A stretch of DNA of 64,000 nucleotides from assembly GCF_041918995.1 (NCBI RefSeq), contig NZ_JAYRUN010000014.1, forward strand, positions 11,974-75,973. The letters are read 5' to 3'. The position numbers were made by a program, and so were the translations under genes. Source of the stretch: Ideonella sp. (GTDB lineage Bacteria; Pseudomonadota; Gammaproteobacteria; Burkholderiales; Burkholderiaceae_C). Within the stretch, counting starts at the first letter, position 1. Each line of letters opens with the position of its first letter. Positions 52,931 to 62,825 of the stretch are shown here, piece after piece. The notes below the pieces were generated by a model. That model searched no databases. It saw nothing but the letters and a program-made list of their open reading frames with translations, and was not told the DNA's origin.

Positions 52931-53890
52931 ATGTCCGACCCATTGCTGCCTGACGCCCCGCCCCCTGCCGGCCCCGAGACGGGGCTGAACATCGCCGAGG
53001 TCGAGCGCGACACGGGCCTTGGCAAGGACACGCTGCGGGTCTGGGAGCGGCGCTATGGCTTCCCCGTGCCGCAGCGCGACGCCCAGGGCCAGCGGGTCTA
53101 CCCGGCCGCGCAGGTCGACCGGCTGCGCCAGATCGCGGCGCTGATGCGCGCCGGCCACCGGCCGGGCAAGGTGGTGCCGCTGGACGACGCGGCGCGCGCG
53201 GCGCTGCTCTCCGGCGGGGCGCCGGCGTCCGCGCCGGGCACCCCGCCCGCTCCCACCGGCGCCGCCTCGCCCACCCTGGCGGCCGCGCTGGCGGCGCTGA
53301 CCCGCCGCGATGGCATTGCCCTGCGCCGCCTGCTGCAGCAGGCCCAGAGCCGTCTGGGGCTGGCGGCGTTCGTCACCGAGGTGATGGCGCCCCTGACCAC
53401 CGCGGTGGGCCAGGCATGGATGCGCGGCGAGCTGCGCGTGGCCGAGGAGCACCTGTTCACCGAGGTGGCCCATGGCGTGCTGCGCCAGGGCCTGCTGAGC
53501 CTGCCCGAGCCGGTGCCGGGCGTGGCGCCGCGGGTGCTGCTGACCACCTTGCCGGGCGAGCCGCATGGGCTGGGGCTGCTGATGGCCGAGGCGATGTGTG
53601 CGCTGGAGGGCGCCTGGTGCGTGAACCTGGGCCCGCAGACGCCGGTGGACGAGATCGTGGCGGCGGCGCAGTGGCACCACACCCAGGTGGTGGGGCTGAG
53701 CGCCACGGGCTGCCTGCCGGCGCGCTGGCTGCGCCAGGGCCTGCAGCAGCTGCGCGAGCGGCTGCCTGCGAGCACGGTGATCTGGCTGGGCGGCTCGGCA
53801 GCGGCGTCGGTGCGCTTGCCCGGGGTGGTGCGCATGGCCGAGCTGGGCGGCATCGGCCGCGCGCTGGCGGCCCTGCCGCCGTCGCCCTGA
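52931..53890 (+). CDS. MerR-family regulator with cobalamin-binding domain (CarH/LitR-type light-responsive regulator candidate)
   Basis: The MerR HTH is LNIAEVERDTGLGKDTLRVWERRYGFP. The W-x9-EH signature is WMRGELRVAEEH. The B12 lower-ligand signature is GEPHGLG ... GLSATG ... WLGGSAA. Confidence 0.8.
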   Translation: MSDPLLPDAPPPAGPETGLNIAEVERDTGLGKDTLRVWERRYGFPVPQRDAQGQRVYPAAQVDRLRQIAALMRAGHRPGKVVPLDDAARAALLSGGAPASAPGTPPAPTGAASPTLAAALAALTRRDGIALRRLLQQAQSRLGLAAFVTEVMAPLTTAVGQAWMRGELRVAEEHLFTEVAHGVLRQGLLSLPEPVPGVAPRVLLTTLPGEPHGLGLLMAEAMCALEGAWCVNLGPQTPVDEIVAAAQWHHTQVVGLSATGCLPARWLRQGLQQLRERLPASTVIWLGGSAAASVRLPGVVRMAELGGIGRALAALPPSP

Positions 53891-53932
53891 GCGGCGCGGC
53901 CCGCCGGCCGCCCGCCTCCGCGGGCGACGCCC

Positions 53933-54595
53933 TTACCGGGCGCGCATCGCCGACAGCTGCTGCTCCTGCGCGGCCTTGCGGTCGGCCGACACGCGCTGCG
54001 CCGACGGGCGCTGCCCCACGAGCTTGATGTAGGGCTTCCAGTCCACGCCGCCTTCGGCCAGCAGGTCGGTGCCGTAGATCGCCTGGCTGGCCATGGCGAC
54101 CAGGGGCAGCGACACGTAGGCGGCGCAGTCGGCGCTGGTGAAGGTCTCGCCGGCCACGTAGGGGCCGAAGCGCGCCAGGCGCTTGAAGCCGGCGATGTGC
54201 CGTACGAGCTTCCTGCGCACGGCCGCCTGTGTCTCCTCGCTCACCCGGCCGCCGAAGAACGCCTGCGGGTAGAGATCGCGCACCACCAGCTCCAGGTGCA
54301 GCTCGATGAAGGTGGTGAGCTCGTGCACCTTGGCGGCGCCCCACGGGTCGTCCGGCAGCAGCGCGGGATGCGGGTGCGTGCGCTCCAGGTACTGCACGAT
54401 CACCTCGCTCTCGCACAGCGTGCCCTGCGCGGTGCGGATGAACGGCACCTTGCCCAGCGGCGAGGCCTCGAGCGTCGCCTCGGTCTTGGTCCCGGGCGGC
54501 ACGGTCTCCTCCTCGAAGGCCAGGCCCTTTTCCAGCAGGACCATCTTGACCTTGTTGTAGTAGTTCGAGATCGCGAAGCCGCACAGGGTGATCAT
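53933..54595 (-). CDS. Glutathione S-transferase
   Basis: It has a GST N-terminal thioredoxin-like fold (SNYYNKVKMVLLEKG...PLGKVPF...ESEVIVQYL) and an alpha-helical C-domain. Confidence 0.88.
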   Translation of the reverse strand: MITLCGFAISNYYNKVKMVLLEKGLAFEEETVPPGTKTEATLEASPLGKVPFIRTAQGTLCESEVIVQYLERTHPHPALLPDDPWGAAKVHELTTFIELHLELVVRDLYPQAFFGGRVSEETQAAVRRKLVRHIAGFKRLARFGPYVAGETFTSADCAAYVSLPLVAMASQAIYGTDLLAEGGVDWKPYIKLVGQRPSAQRVSADRKAAQEQQLSAMRAR

Positions 54596-54632
54596 GGGTC
54601 TCTCCGGACAGGGTGGGGACGGGCCGGCCAGT

Positions 54633-55550
54633 CTACGTGGCGCCGCGCGGCCGCCGTGTCACCAGCGCGATGCCCGCCGACACGGCCACCAGCGCCACGA
54701 CGATGCGCCAGGTGAGCGGCTCGCCGAGCAGGCCCACGCCGGCGGCCAGGCCGAACACGGGGGTGAGCAGGGTGTAGGTGCTGATCTGCGTGGCCGCGTA
54801 GTGGCGCACCAGCCAGAACCACAGCAGGTAGCTGGCGAAGGTGACCACCACCGTCTGGAAGGCGAGCGAGCCCCAGGCCAGTGCGCTGACGTGTGCGGGC
54901 CAGGACTCCCCGGCCCAGACCCCGGCTGCGCCGAGCGCCAGGGCGGACACGACCAGCTGCGCCATCAGCGTCTGCTCGGCGGGGGCACCGGCCAGGCGGG
55001 TGGCCCGGATGGACAAGGTGGTGCCGGCCCAGAGCGCGGCGCCCACCACGCCCAGCGCGTCGCCCCAGCCCTGGCGGCTGCCCGCGGGCGCGCCCGCGCC
55101 GAAGCTCTCGCCGAAGGCCAGCACCACACCGGCGAAGGCCAGCCCCAGCCCGGCCAGCTGCCAGCCGCGCAGCCGCTCGCCCGCGGCGATGAAGGGCATG
55201 CCCAGCGCCACGAAGAAAGGCGCGAGGTAGATGAACACCGCCATGCGCGAGGCGCTGGTGTACTGCAGGCCGACGAAGATGCAGCCGAACTCGGCCGCGA
55301 ACAGGCCACCGGCCAGCAGCGCCGGGGCCCGCAGGCCCGGCCCCGCCAGCGGCGCCAGCGGGATGCGCCGCCACGCGGCCCACAAGCCCAGCAGCAGCGC
55401 GGCACCCGCGGAACGCGCGGCCGCCTGCAGCAGCGGCGGGATCTCGGCCACGGCCACCTTGGTGGCGGCCTGGTTCAGGCCCCACAGCGCCGCACAGCCC
55501 ACCAGGCTGACGATGGCCAGGGTGTCGAGGTGGGCCCGGCGGTCGCTCAT
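54633..55550 (-). CDS. DMT-superfamily (EamA) transporter
   Basis: It has ten predicted TM segments in two EamA repeats. Its start overlaps the glnE stop (ATGA). Confidence 0.88.
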   Translation of the reverse strand: MSDRRAHLDTLAIVSLVGCAALWGLNQAATKVAVAEIPPLLQAAARSAGAALLLGLWAAWRRIPLAPLAGPGLRAPALLAGGLFAAEFGCIFVGLQYTSASRMAVFIYLAPFFVALGMPFIAAGERLRGWQLAGLGLAFAGVVLAFGESFGAGAPAGSRQGWGDALGVVGAALWAGTTLSIRATRLAGAPAEQTLMAQLVVSALALGAAGVWAGESWPAHVSALAWGSLAFQTVVVTFASYLLWFWLVRHYAATQISTYTLLTPVFGLAAGVGLLGEPLTWRIVVALVAVSAGIALVTRRPRGAT

Positions 55551-58384
55551 CCGGCCGCCGGGCCGCCGCCGGCGCCGAAGACCGCGCGCCACAGCGCCTG
55601 GATGGCGGCCCGCTCGGTGGCCAGCTCGGCCGGGTCGAACTGCGTGGGCTGCTCGTCCAGGCGTGCGCGGTGCTGCGCGCGGCGCATCTCGCGGTAGGCG
55701 TCGGCCGCGGCCGTGCCCACGCCGGCCGGCAGCAGGCCGGCGTCCTCCGCCCGCCGCAGCAGGGCGATGTTGCCGGCGTTGTCCAGCAGCTCGGGGTGGC
55801 GCGCACTCTCGGCCAGCACCAGCGTCTGCACCGCGAACTCGGCGTCCATCATGCCGCCGTCGCTGTGCTTGACGTCGAACCGGCCGGCCGGCACGGGGCG
55901 CGCGGCGCGCACCTTCTCGCGCATGGCCTGCACCTCGGCGCGCAGGGCCTCGCGCTCGCGCGGCATGGCCAGCACCTCGCGGCGCGTGGCCTCGAAGCGC
56001 TCGCCCAGGTCGGCCGCACCCGCGCAGAAGCGGGCCCGCGACAGCGCCTGGTGCTCCCAGGTCCATGCGGTGTTGCTGCCGCGGCCGCGCTGGTATTTCT
56101 CGAAGGCGTCGATGGACGTGACCAGCAGGCCCGAGTTGCCATTGGGCCGCAGCGCGGTGTCGATCTCGAACAGCTCGCCCGCGGCCGTGCGCAGCGTGAG
56201 CCAGCCGATCAGCTTGCGCACGAAGGCACCGTACACCTCCTGCGCGCGGTAGGGGTCGTCCTCGCCGGCGTCGTCGAACAGGAAGACCAGGTCGAGGTCG
56301 CTGCCGTAGCCCAGCTCCAGGCCGCCCAGCTTGCCGTAGGCGATGACGGCAAAGCGCGGCGCATCGCGGTGACGCTGCTTCAGGTGGCCCCAGGCCCAGC
56401 GCAGGGTGCAGTCCACCACCGCGTCGGCCAACGAGGAGAGGTCGTCGGCCACCTGCTCCACCGTGATGCGCTGCTCGACGTCGCGCACGAGGGTGCGGAA
56501 CACCTCGGCGTGGTGCGCCCGGCGCAGGGTGTCCAGCAGCGAGCCCTCGTCGGCCTCGCCGGAGCGCACCCAGGCGGCATGGCGTTCCTCCAGGTCGGCC
56601 ACGAAGCCGGCCCGGTCGAAGCGCTCGCGCAGCTGGCGTTCGTCGGCCAGCTCGTCGATCACGCCGGGGTGGCGGATCAGGTAGCGCATGGGCCAGCGCG
56701 CCAGCCCCAGCAGGCGCAGCAGGCGCCGCTGCACCTCGGGCCGCTCCACCAGCAGCGCCAGGTAGCTCTCGCGCCGCAGCAGCGGCTCCACCCAGTCGAG
56801 CAGGCGCACGGCGGCTTCCAGCGTGCCTTCGCCGCGCGCCAGCCCCTCCGCGGCGCGCTGCACCAGGCGGCCCAGGCGCAGCCTGCTCTCGTCGCGCAGG
56901 GCCTGCACACGCGGGCGGGCGGCGAAGGCGCGCACCCGCTCGGCCAGCTCCGGCGGCAGGCGCTCGGCCAGCTCCTCGCTGTCGATGGCCAGGGGGCCGT
57001 CGCCGCACTGGCGGCACCCGCCGTTGCCCGGCCGCGCGCCCGCCGGCGCCCGGCCGTCGTGCAGCAGGGCGTCGAACTCGGTGGCCACCAGCTCGCGCAC
57101 GCTGCACAGGCGGTCGAGCAGGCGGCAGCAGGGCGGGTCGCCGGGCGCACAGGCGCTGGCCGCTGGCAGCCGCGCCGCCATGCTGGCGGCGATCCAGGCC
57201 AGGTCACCGTCGCCCGTGGGCAGCAGGTGGGTCTGCTGGTCGTCCAGGTACTGGATGCGGTGCTCCACCTGGCGCAGGAACACGTAGGCGTCGGCCAGCT
57301 GCCGGGCCGCCTCGGTGCGCATCAGCCCGCCGGCCGCCAGGCGGTCCAGCGCCTTCAGCGTGGAGCGCGTGCGGATCTCCGGGAACTGGCCGCCGCGTGC
57401 CACCTGCAGCAGCTGCACGATGAACTCGATCTCGCGGATGCCCCCGCGGGACAGCTTCACGTCGTTGGCGCGCTCGGGCCGGCCGGCGGCGCGCCGCTGC
57501 GCCTCGTCGCGGATCTTGCGGTGCAGCTGGCGCAGGCCCTCGAACACGCCGTAGTCGAGGTACTTGCGGTAGACGAAGGGCGTGACCAGCGAGCGCAGCG
57601 CCAGCGCGCGCCCGTCGAGCACGCTCTCGCGCGGCGCCACCACCCGGCTCTTCAGCCAGGCGAAGCGTTCCCACTCGCGGCCCTGCACGAGGAAGTACTC
57701 CTCCAGCATCGCCAGGCTCACCACCGCCGGGCCCGAGTTGCCGTTGGGCCGCAGCGCCAGGTCCACGCGGAAGACGAAGCCGTCGTCGGTGACGTCGCCG
57801 ATGAGCGCATAGAGCTGGCGCGCCACCTGGGAGAAGTACTCATGGGCGGAAATCACGCCCGCCGGGCCGCCGGCGGTCTGGCCGGCGTCCTCGTACACGT
57901 AGATCAGGTCGATGTCGGACGAGACGTTGAGCTCGCGCGCCCCCAGCTTGCCCATGCCGACGATCCAGAAGTCGATGCGCTGGCCGTCGGCGTCCAGCGG
58001 GGCACCGTGGCGGGCATCGGTTTCGGCGCGCGCCTGGGCGAGGGCGCGGTCGAGCGTCACCTCGGCCAGCAGCGTCATGGTGGTGGTCACGTTGGCCAGG
58101 CTCGCCTGCTGCTCGACGTCGTGCACCACCAGGCGCTCGATCACCAGCTGGCGCGCCACCCGCAGGGCCGCCGGCAGCGGCCGACCAGCGGCCAGCAGCG
58201 TGTCGATCAGGGCGTGCAGCCCGGCCGTGTCGGGCAGGCCGGGGGGCAGCCAGGACAGCTCGGTGGCATAGCGCCGCCGGATGCGCTGGACGAAGCGGCT
58301 GTGCTCGGCCGACGCGCCGGGCGCGGTCGGGCCGTCAAGCGTGTCGGCGGTCTCGTCCGACGAGGGGGAACCGGTCAGTGCCAC
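55547..58384 (-). CDS. glnE: Bifunctional glutamine synthetase adenylyltransferase/adenylyl-removing enzyme
   Basis: The 945-aa protein has two nucleotidyltransferase domains (GKLGARELNVSSDIDLI and GKLGGLELGYGSDLDLV). It has a GTG start. Confidence 0.95.
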   Translation of the reverse strand: MALTGSPSSDETADTLDGPTAPGASAEHSRFVQRIRRRYATELSWLPPGLPDTAGLHALIDTLLAAGRPLPAALRVARQLVIERLVVHDVEQQASLANVTTTMTLLAEVTLDRALAQARAETDARHGAPLDADGQRIDFWIVGMGKLGARELNVSSDIDLIYVYEDAGQTAGGPAGVISAHEYFSQVARQLYALIGDVTDDGFVFRVDLALRPNGNSGPAVVSLAMLEEYFLVQGREWERFAWLKSRVVAPRESVLDGRALALRSLVTPFVYRKYLDYGVFEGLRQLHRKIRDEAQRRAAGRPERANDVKLSRGGIREIEFIVQLLQVARGGQFPEIRTRSTLKALDRLAAGGLMRTEAARQLADAYVFLRQVEHRIQYLDDQQTHLLPTGDGDLAWIAASMAARLPAASACAPGDPPCCRLLDRLCSVRELVATEFDALLHDGRAPAGARPGNGGCRQCGDGPLAIDSEELAERLPPELAERVRAFAARPRVQALRDESRLRLGRLVQRAAEGLARGEGTLEAAVRLLDWVEPLLRRESYLALLVERPEVQRRLLRLLGLARWPMRYLIRHPGVIDELADERQLRERFDRAGFVADLEERHAAWVRSGEADEGSLLDTLRRAHHAEVFRTLVRDVEQRITVEQVADDLSSLADAVVDCTLRWAWGHLKQRHRDAPRFAVIAYGKLGGLELGYGSDLDLVFLFDDAGEDDPYRAQEVYGAFVRKLIGWLTLRTAAGELFEIDTALRPNGNSGLLVTSIDAFEKYQRGRGSNTAWTWEHQALSRARFCAGAADLGERFEATRREVLAMPREREALRAEVQAMREKVRAARPVPAGRFDVKHSDGGMMDAEFAVQTLVLAESARHPELLDNAGNIALLRRAEDAGLLPAGVGTAAADAYREMRRAQHRARLDEQPTQFDPAELATERAAIQALWRAVFGAGGGPAAG

Positions 58385-58496
58385 GAGGGGTCTGTGCTAG
58401 ATTGGCTCGCTGGCGCCTTCGCCCGGCTGAACGCCGGGACGGCAGGTGCCGCTCCACGTTGAGGCTGGCGCCGGGGCCTGCCCCCCGGTATTGCCC

Positions 58497-61400
58497 ATGC
58501 CCTTGAAGTTCCCCCGATCACCGCGCCGGCCCGCCGGCGCAGACGACGCCGGCCACGACGGCACACGCCGCCGCTGGGCCGGGGCCGCGGCAGCGGTGTC
58601 GAGAGGGGCCCTGCGCTGGGCCATGCTGGGGGTGTTCACCCTGTGGAGCATCGTCCTGATCGCGTGGCTGACTCTGCACTGGGGGATTCTGCCGCACATC
58701 GACGAATGGCGTCCGCAGCTGCAGGAGCGGGCCAGCCAGGCCTTGGGGCTTCCCGTGCGCATCGGCCAGGTGGGTGTGCGCAGCGCGGGCTGGGTGCCTG
58801 CGCTGGAGCTGCGCGACGTGGTGATCGCCGACGCCTCCGGTGCCGAGCGGCTGCGCCTGCCGCGGGTGGACGCGGCGCTGTCGCCCAGCACCCTGCTGCG
58901 CTGGCGCCTGACCTTCTCCCAGCTGCACCTGGACGGCCTGTCGCTGGAGGTGCGGCGCGACCGCCTGGGCCGCGTGCACGTGGCCGGCCTGGACCTGGGC
59001 CGCGCGGGGCCCGCCCCCGCGGCCGCCGGCGAGGGCGGCGAGGCACTGGACTGGCTGCTCGACCAGCCGGAGCTCGTGCTGCGCCGCAGCAGCGTGCGCT
59101 GGATCGACGAGTGGCGCGGCGCGCCGCCGGTGGCGCTGCGTGATGCCGACGTGGTGCTGCGCAACGGGCTGCGCCGCCACGAGCTGCGCATCGACGCCAC
59201 GCCGGACGACGGCGTGGGTGCGCGCTTCTCGGTCGTGGGCCGCTTCACGCAGCCGCTGCTGGCCGACCGCAGCGACTGGTCGCGCTGGTCGGGCACCGTG
59301 TACGCCGACCTGCCGGGCGTGGACCTGTCCCGGCTGGCGGCCCACGTCAGCCTGCCGGTCGAGCTGCGCGCCGGCCGGGGGGCGGCCCGCGCCTGGCTGG
59401 ACGTGGGGCGCGGCCAGTGGCGCCGCCTCACGGTGGACACCGCGTTGGAGGCGGTGGCGGTGCGCCTGACCCCCGCGCTGGAGCCGCTGGCCGTGGCCGG
59501 CCTGCGTGGCCGCTTGGACATCGAGCGCAGCGCCGGCCAGCTGCGCGTGGCCGCCGACGGGCTGCAGTTCACCACGGCGGATGGGGGCGTCTGGCCCGCC
59601 AGCCGCCTGCAGCTGCAGCTGAGCCAGCCGCAGCCCATGGACGAGGTGGGCTGGTCCGACCGCCCCATCGCGGGGGGTGAGCTCACTGCCGACCGGCTCG
59701 ACCTGGCCCTCATGGCGGGGGTGGCCGAGCGGCTGCCGCTGCCGGCCAGCTGGCAGCGGGTGCTGGGCGAGCTGGCGCCGCAGGGCGTGGTGGAGGGCCT
59801 GCAGGCGAGCTGGATCGGGCCGCCCGGTGCGCCCGCGCGCTACCGCCTGAAGGCGCGCGCGCAGGACCTGGCGGTGGCGTCCTTGCCTGCGCCGGACGCC
59901 GGCCGCGTCGGCCGCCCGGGCTGGCACGGGGCCCGGGTGGAGCTCGATGCCAACGAGTCGGGCGGCGAGGCGCGGCTGCAGATCCGCGACGGCGCGGTCG
60001 AGCTGCCCGGCGTCTTCGACGACCCGGTGCTGCCGCTGGACGAGTTCAGCGGCCGGCTGGTCTGGCGCCTGCAGCGGCCGTCCACGGTGGCCACGGCCGG
60101 TGCGGCGGCGTCCGCGGCGGGGCCGCTGCCGGACATCGACCTGCGCGTGGTCGAGGCCCGCTTCGCCAACGCCGATGCCAAGGGCACGCTGCAGCTGCAC
60201 TGGCACACCGGCGAGGCGCCGGGGCGCGGACCCGGACGCCGGCTGCCGGGCGTGATCGACCTCAGCGGCCAGCTGGAGCGCGCGCAGGCCGCCCGCGTGG
60301 CGCGCTACCTGCCGCTGCAGCTGCCCGCGGCCACGCGCGCCTACGTGGCCGGGGCCGTGCAGGGCGGCACGGCGCGCCAGGTGCGCCTGCGCCTGCGCGG
60401 CGACCTGCACGACTTCCCCTTCGCGCAGCCCGGGCAGCAGGGCGAGTTCCTCGTCACCGCCCAGGCCGAGGACGTCACCCTGGCCTACGTGCCGGCGGTG
60501 CTCACGGGCGGCGAATCCCGCTGGCCGGCCTTCACCCAGGTGAACGGTGGCCTGGAGTTCGACCGCGGCGCCATGCGCATCCGCGACGCCCGCGCCCGGC
60601 TGTGGGGCATCGAGCTGAAGGGTGTGCAGGGAGAGATCGCGGACCTGGCGCACGACGCCACCCTGGTCATCTCCGGCGGCGGCCGCGGCCCGCTGACGGA
60701 CGCCCTGCGCTACGTGGCGGCCACGCCCATCGAAGGCTGGCTGTCGCACGCCCTGCAGCAGGCCAGCGGCAGCGGTGCGGCCGACCTGCAGCTGGCCCTG
60801 CACATCCCCCTGCACGACAGCCACCACACCCGCGTCCGGGGCAGCGTGGCGCTGGCGGGCAACGATGTGCGGCTGCGCGCCGACATCCCGCCCGTGCTGG
60901 GGGCGCGCACCCGCATCGACTTCACCGAGCGGGGCTTCACGATCGCGCCCGGCACGGCACGGGCGCTGGGCGGCGAGCTGGCCTTCGAGGGCGGGCTGGG
61001 CGCCGATGGCGTGGTGCGCTTCCAGGCGCAGGGCACGGCGACGGCCGAGGGCCTGCGGCAGGCCGGCGAGCTGGGCTGGATCACGCGGCTGGCCGGCGCG
61101 GCCAGCGGCCAGGCGCCCTACCGCCTGCAGCTGGGCGTGCAGCGCGGCCTGACCGAGCTGCTGGTCACCAGCCCGCTCACCGGCCTGGCGATCGACCTGC
61201 CGCCGCCCTTTGCCAAGCCGGCAGAGGCGACCTGGCCGCTGCGCGTGCAGACCCAGGCCCTGCCGCCGCGCGCCGCCGCCGAGGCCGCCGCGCCGTCCGA
61301 CGTGCTGCAGGTGGAGCTGGGCACGGTGCTGCGCGCGGAATACCAGCGCGAGCACGGCGCACAGGGCACGCGGGTGCTGCGCGGCGCGTTGGCGGCCGGC

Positions 61401-62825
61401 TCGGCCAGCCTGCCGCCGGCACCGCCCGGCAGCGTGGTGGCCGCGGTCGAGCTGCCGAGCCTGCCGGCCGATGCCTGGTGGGCACGCTGGCAGGCGCTCA
61501 CCGGCGCGGCGCCCGCCGGCGCCCACGGGCAGGCGGGCAGCCCGGGCGCCAGCCATGCGGTCGCGTCCGGCGCGCCGCCCGGTGGCCACGCGGCTCGGGC
61601 TTCCGAATGGGGCGGCGCCGACGCGTACCTGCCCACCGAGGCCGTCCTGCGCACGGCGGACATGCAGGCGGCCGGCCGGCGATGGGGGGCGCTGCAGGCA
61701 CAGGCCCAGCGACGCGGCCCGCATGAGTCGGCCGCGCGGGAGACCGTCGCCTGGCAGGCGCAGCTGCAGGGCGACGCGGTGCAGGGACAGGTGGAATGGC
61801 GGCCCGGCGCGGGCGGCACGGCAGCCCGCTGGCAGGCGCGGCTGGCCCGGCTGGCGGTGCCCGCGGCCGGCCCCGCCGGGGCGGCCCCGGCGCCGGCGGC
61901 GCGCTCGGCGGTGGGCGAGGCGCTGGCCGCCGTCCCCGACTGGCCGGCACTCGATCTCCAGGTCGACGCCCTGCAGTGGCAGGGCCGCCCGCTCGGGCGC
62001 ATCGAGCTGGAGGGCCGCCCGGTGGACGCCGCGGGCGCCGCGCCGCGCGACTGGCAGCTGCAGCGCCTGGCCTGGCTGGGCGAGGACGGCCGGCTCACCG
62101 CCAGCGGCCGCTGGAGCGCCGTGCGCCGGCGCATGGCGCTGGAGGGCCGGCTCGACGTGTCCGACGCCGGCGACGTGCTGGAGACGCTGGGCGGCGGGCG
62201 CCAGGTGCGGGGCGGGCGCGGCCACCTGCAGGGGCAGTTCGGCTGGACCGGCGCGCCGCTGTGGCCCGACTGGCCCACGCTCGATGGCCGCGGGCAGGTG
62301 TCGCTGGAAGGCGGCCGCTTCCTCAAGGCCGAGCCGGGGGCGGCGCGGCTGCTGGGTGTGCTGAGCCTGCAGGCCCTGCCGCGGCGGCTGACGCTGGACT
62401 TCCGCGACGTGTTCCAGCAGGGCTTCGCGTTCGACCAGCTGGCCGGCGACGTGGCCCTTTCGCGCGGGGTGGCGCGCACCAACAACCTGCGCATCCGTGG
62501 CGTGCAGGCGGCGGTGCTCATCGAGGGGGAGGCCGACCTGCAGCACGAGACGCAGGACCTGCACATGGTGATCGTGCCGGAGATCAACGCCGGCACGGCG
62601 TCGCTGGCCTACGCGGCCATCAACCCCGCCGTCGGGCTGGGCACCTTCCTGGCGCAGCTGTTCCTGCGCAAGCCGCTGATGCAGGCCGGCACGCGCGAGC
62701 TGCAGGTCACCGGCCCCTGGGCCGACCCGCAGGTGCAGACCCTGGAACGCCGCGCCGATGCCCCCTTGCCCGACTTCGAGGCCGCCCCCGCCGCGTCGGC
62801 CTCGGCGCCACAATCCACGCCATGA
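58497..62825 (+). CDS. yhdP: YhdP-family (AsmA2/TIGR02099-type) giant envelope protein
   Basis: It has an N-terminal TM anchor and a ~1440-aa repetitive beta-rich body. The conserved C-terminus is LSLQALPRRLTLDFRDVF..GFAFD...GPWADPQV. An alternative start is GTG 58446. Confidence 0.85.
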   Translation: MPLKFPRSPRRPAGADDAGHDGTRRRWAGAAAAVSRGALRWAMLGVFTLWSIVLIAWLTLHWGILPHIDEWRPQLQERASQALGLPVRIGQVGVRSAGWVPALELRDVVIADASGAERLRLPRVDAALSPSTLLRWRLTFSQLHLDGLSLEVRRDRLGRVHVAGLDLGRAGPAPAAAGEGGEALDWLLDQPELVLRRSSVRWIDEWRGAPPVALRDADVVLRNGLRRHELRIDATPDDGVGARFSVVGRFTQPLLADRSDWSRWSGTVYADLPGVDLSRLAAHVSLPVELRAGRGAARAWLDVGRGQWRRLTVDTALEAVAVRLTPALEPLAVAGLRGRLDIERSAGQLRVAADGLQFTTADGGVWPASRLQLQLSQPQPMDEVGWSDRPIAGGELTADRLDLALMAGVAERLPLPASWQRVLGELAPQGVVEGLQASWIGPPGAPARYRLKARAQDLAVASLPAPDAGRVGRPGWHGARVELDANESGGEARLQIRDGAVELPGVFDDPVLPLDEFSGRLVWRLQRPSTVATAGAAASAAGPLPDIDLRVVEARFANADAKGTLQLHWHTGEAPGRGPGRRLPGVIDLSGQLERAQAARVARYLPLQLPAATRAYVAGAVQGGTARQVRLRLRGDLHDFPFAQPGQQGEFLVTAQAEDVTLAYVPAVLTGGESRWPAFTQVNGGLEFDRGAMRIRDARARLWGIELKGVQGEIADLAHDATLVISGGGRGPLTDALRYVAATPIEGWLSHALQQASGSGAADLQLALHIPLHDSHHTRVRGSVALAGNDVRLRADIPPVLGARTRIDFTERGFTIAPGTARALGGELAFEGGLGADGVVRFQAQGTATAEGLRQAGELGWITRLAGAASGQAPYRLQLGVQRGLTELLVTSPLTGLAIDLPPPFAKPAEATWPLRVQTQALPPRAAAEAAAPSDVLQVELGTVLRAEYQREHGAQGTRVLRGALAAGSASLPPAPPGSVVAAVELPSLPADAWWARWQALTGAAPAGAHGQAGSPGASHAVASGAPPGGHAARASEWGGADAYLPTEAVLRTADMQAAGRRWGALQAQAQRRGPHESAARETVAWQAQLQGDAVQGQVEWRPGAGGTAARWQARLARLAVPAAGPAGAAPAPAARSAVGEALAAVPDWPALDLQVDALQWQGRPLGRIELEGRPVDAAGAAPRDWQLQRLAWLGEDGRLTASGRWSAVRRRMALEGRLDVSDAGDVLETLGGGRQVRGGRGHLQGQFGWTGAPLWPDWPTLDGRGQVSLEGGRFLKAEPGAARLLGVLSLQALPRRLTLDFRDVFQQGFAFDQLAGDVALSRGVARTNNLRIRGVQAAVLIEGEADLQHETQDLHMVIVPEINAGTASLAYAAINPAVGLGTFLAQLFLRKPLMQAGTRELQVTGPWADPQVQTLERRADAPLPDFEAAPAASASAPQSTP

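Noticed and set aside
58518-62813. A 1431-aa ORF lies antisense to the yhdP-like gene. There are many other very long alternative-frame ORFs, such as 2497..4161, 4023..6242, 6556..8904, 7791..9929, 12444..15686, 17815..19854, 25874..28084, 55670..58462 and 48819..51332.
   Set aside because: They are Arg/Ala/Gly/Pro-rich low-complexity translations typical of stop-codon-poor high-GC DNA. Each overlaps a gene with clear family motifs on the other strand or in another frame.
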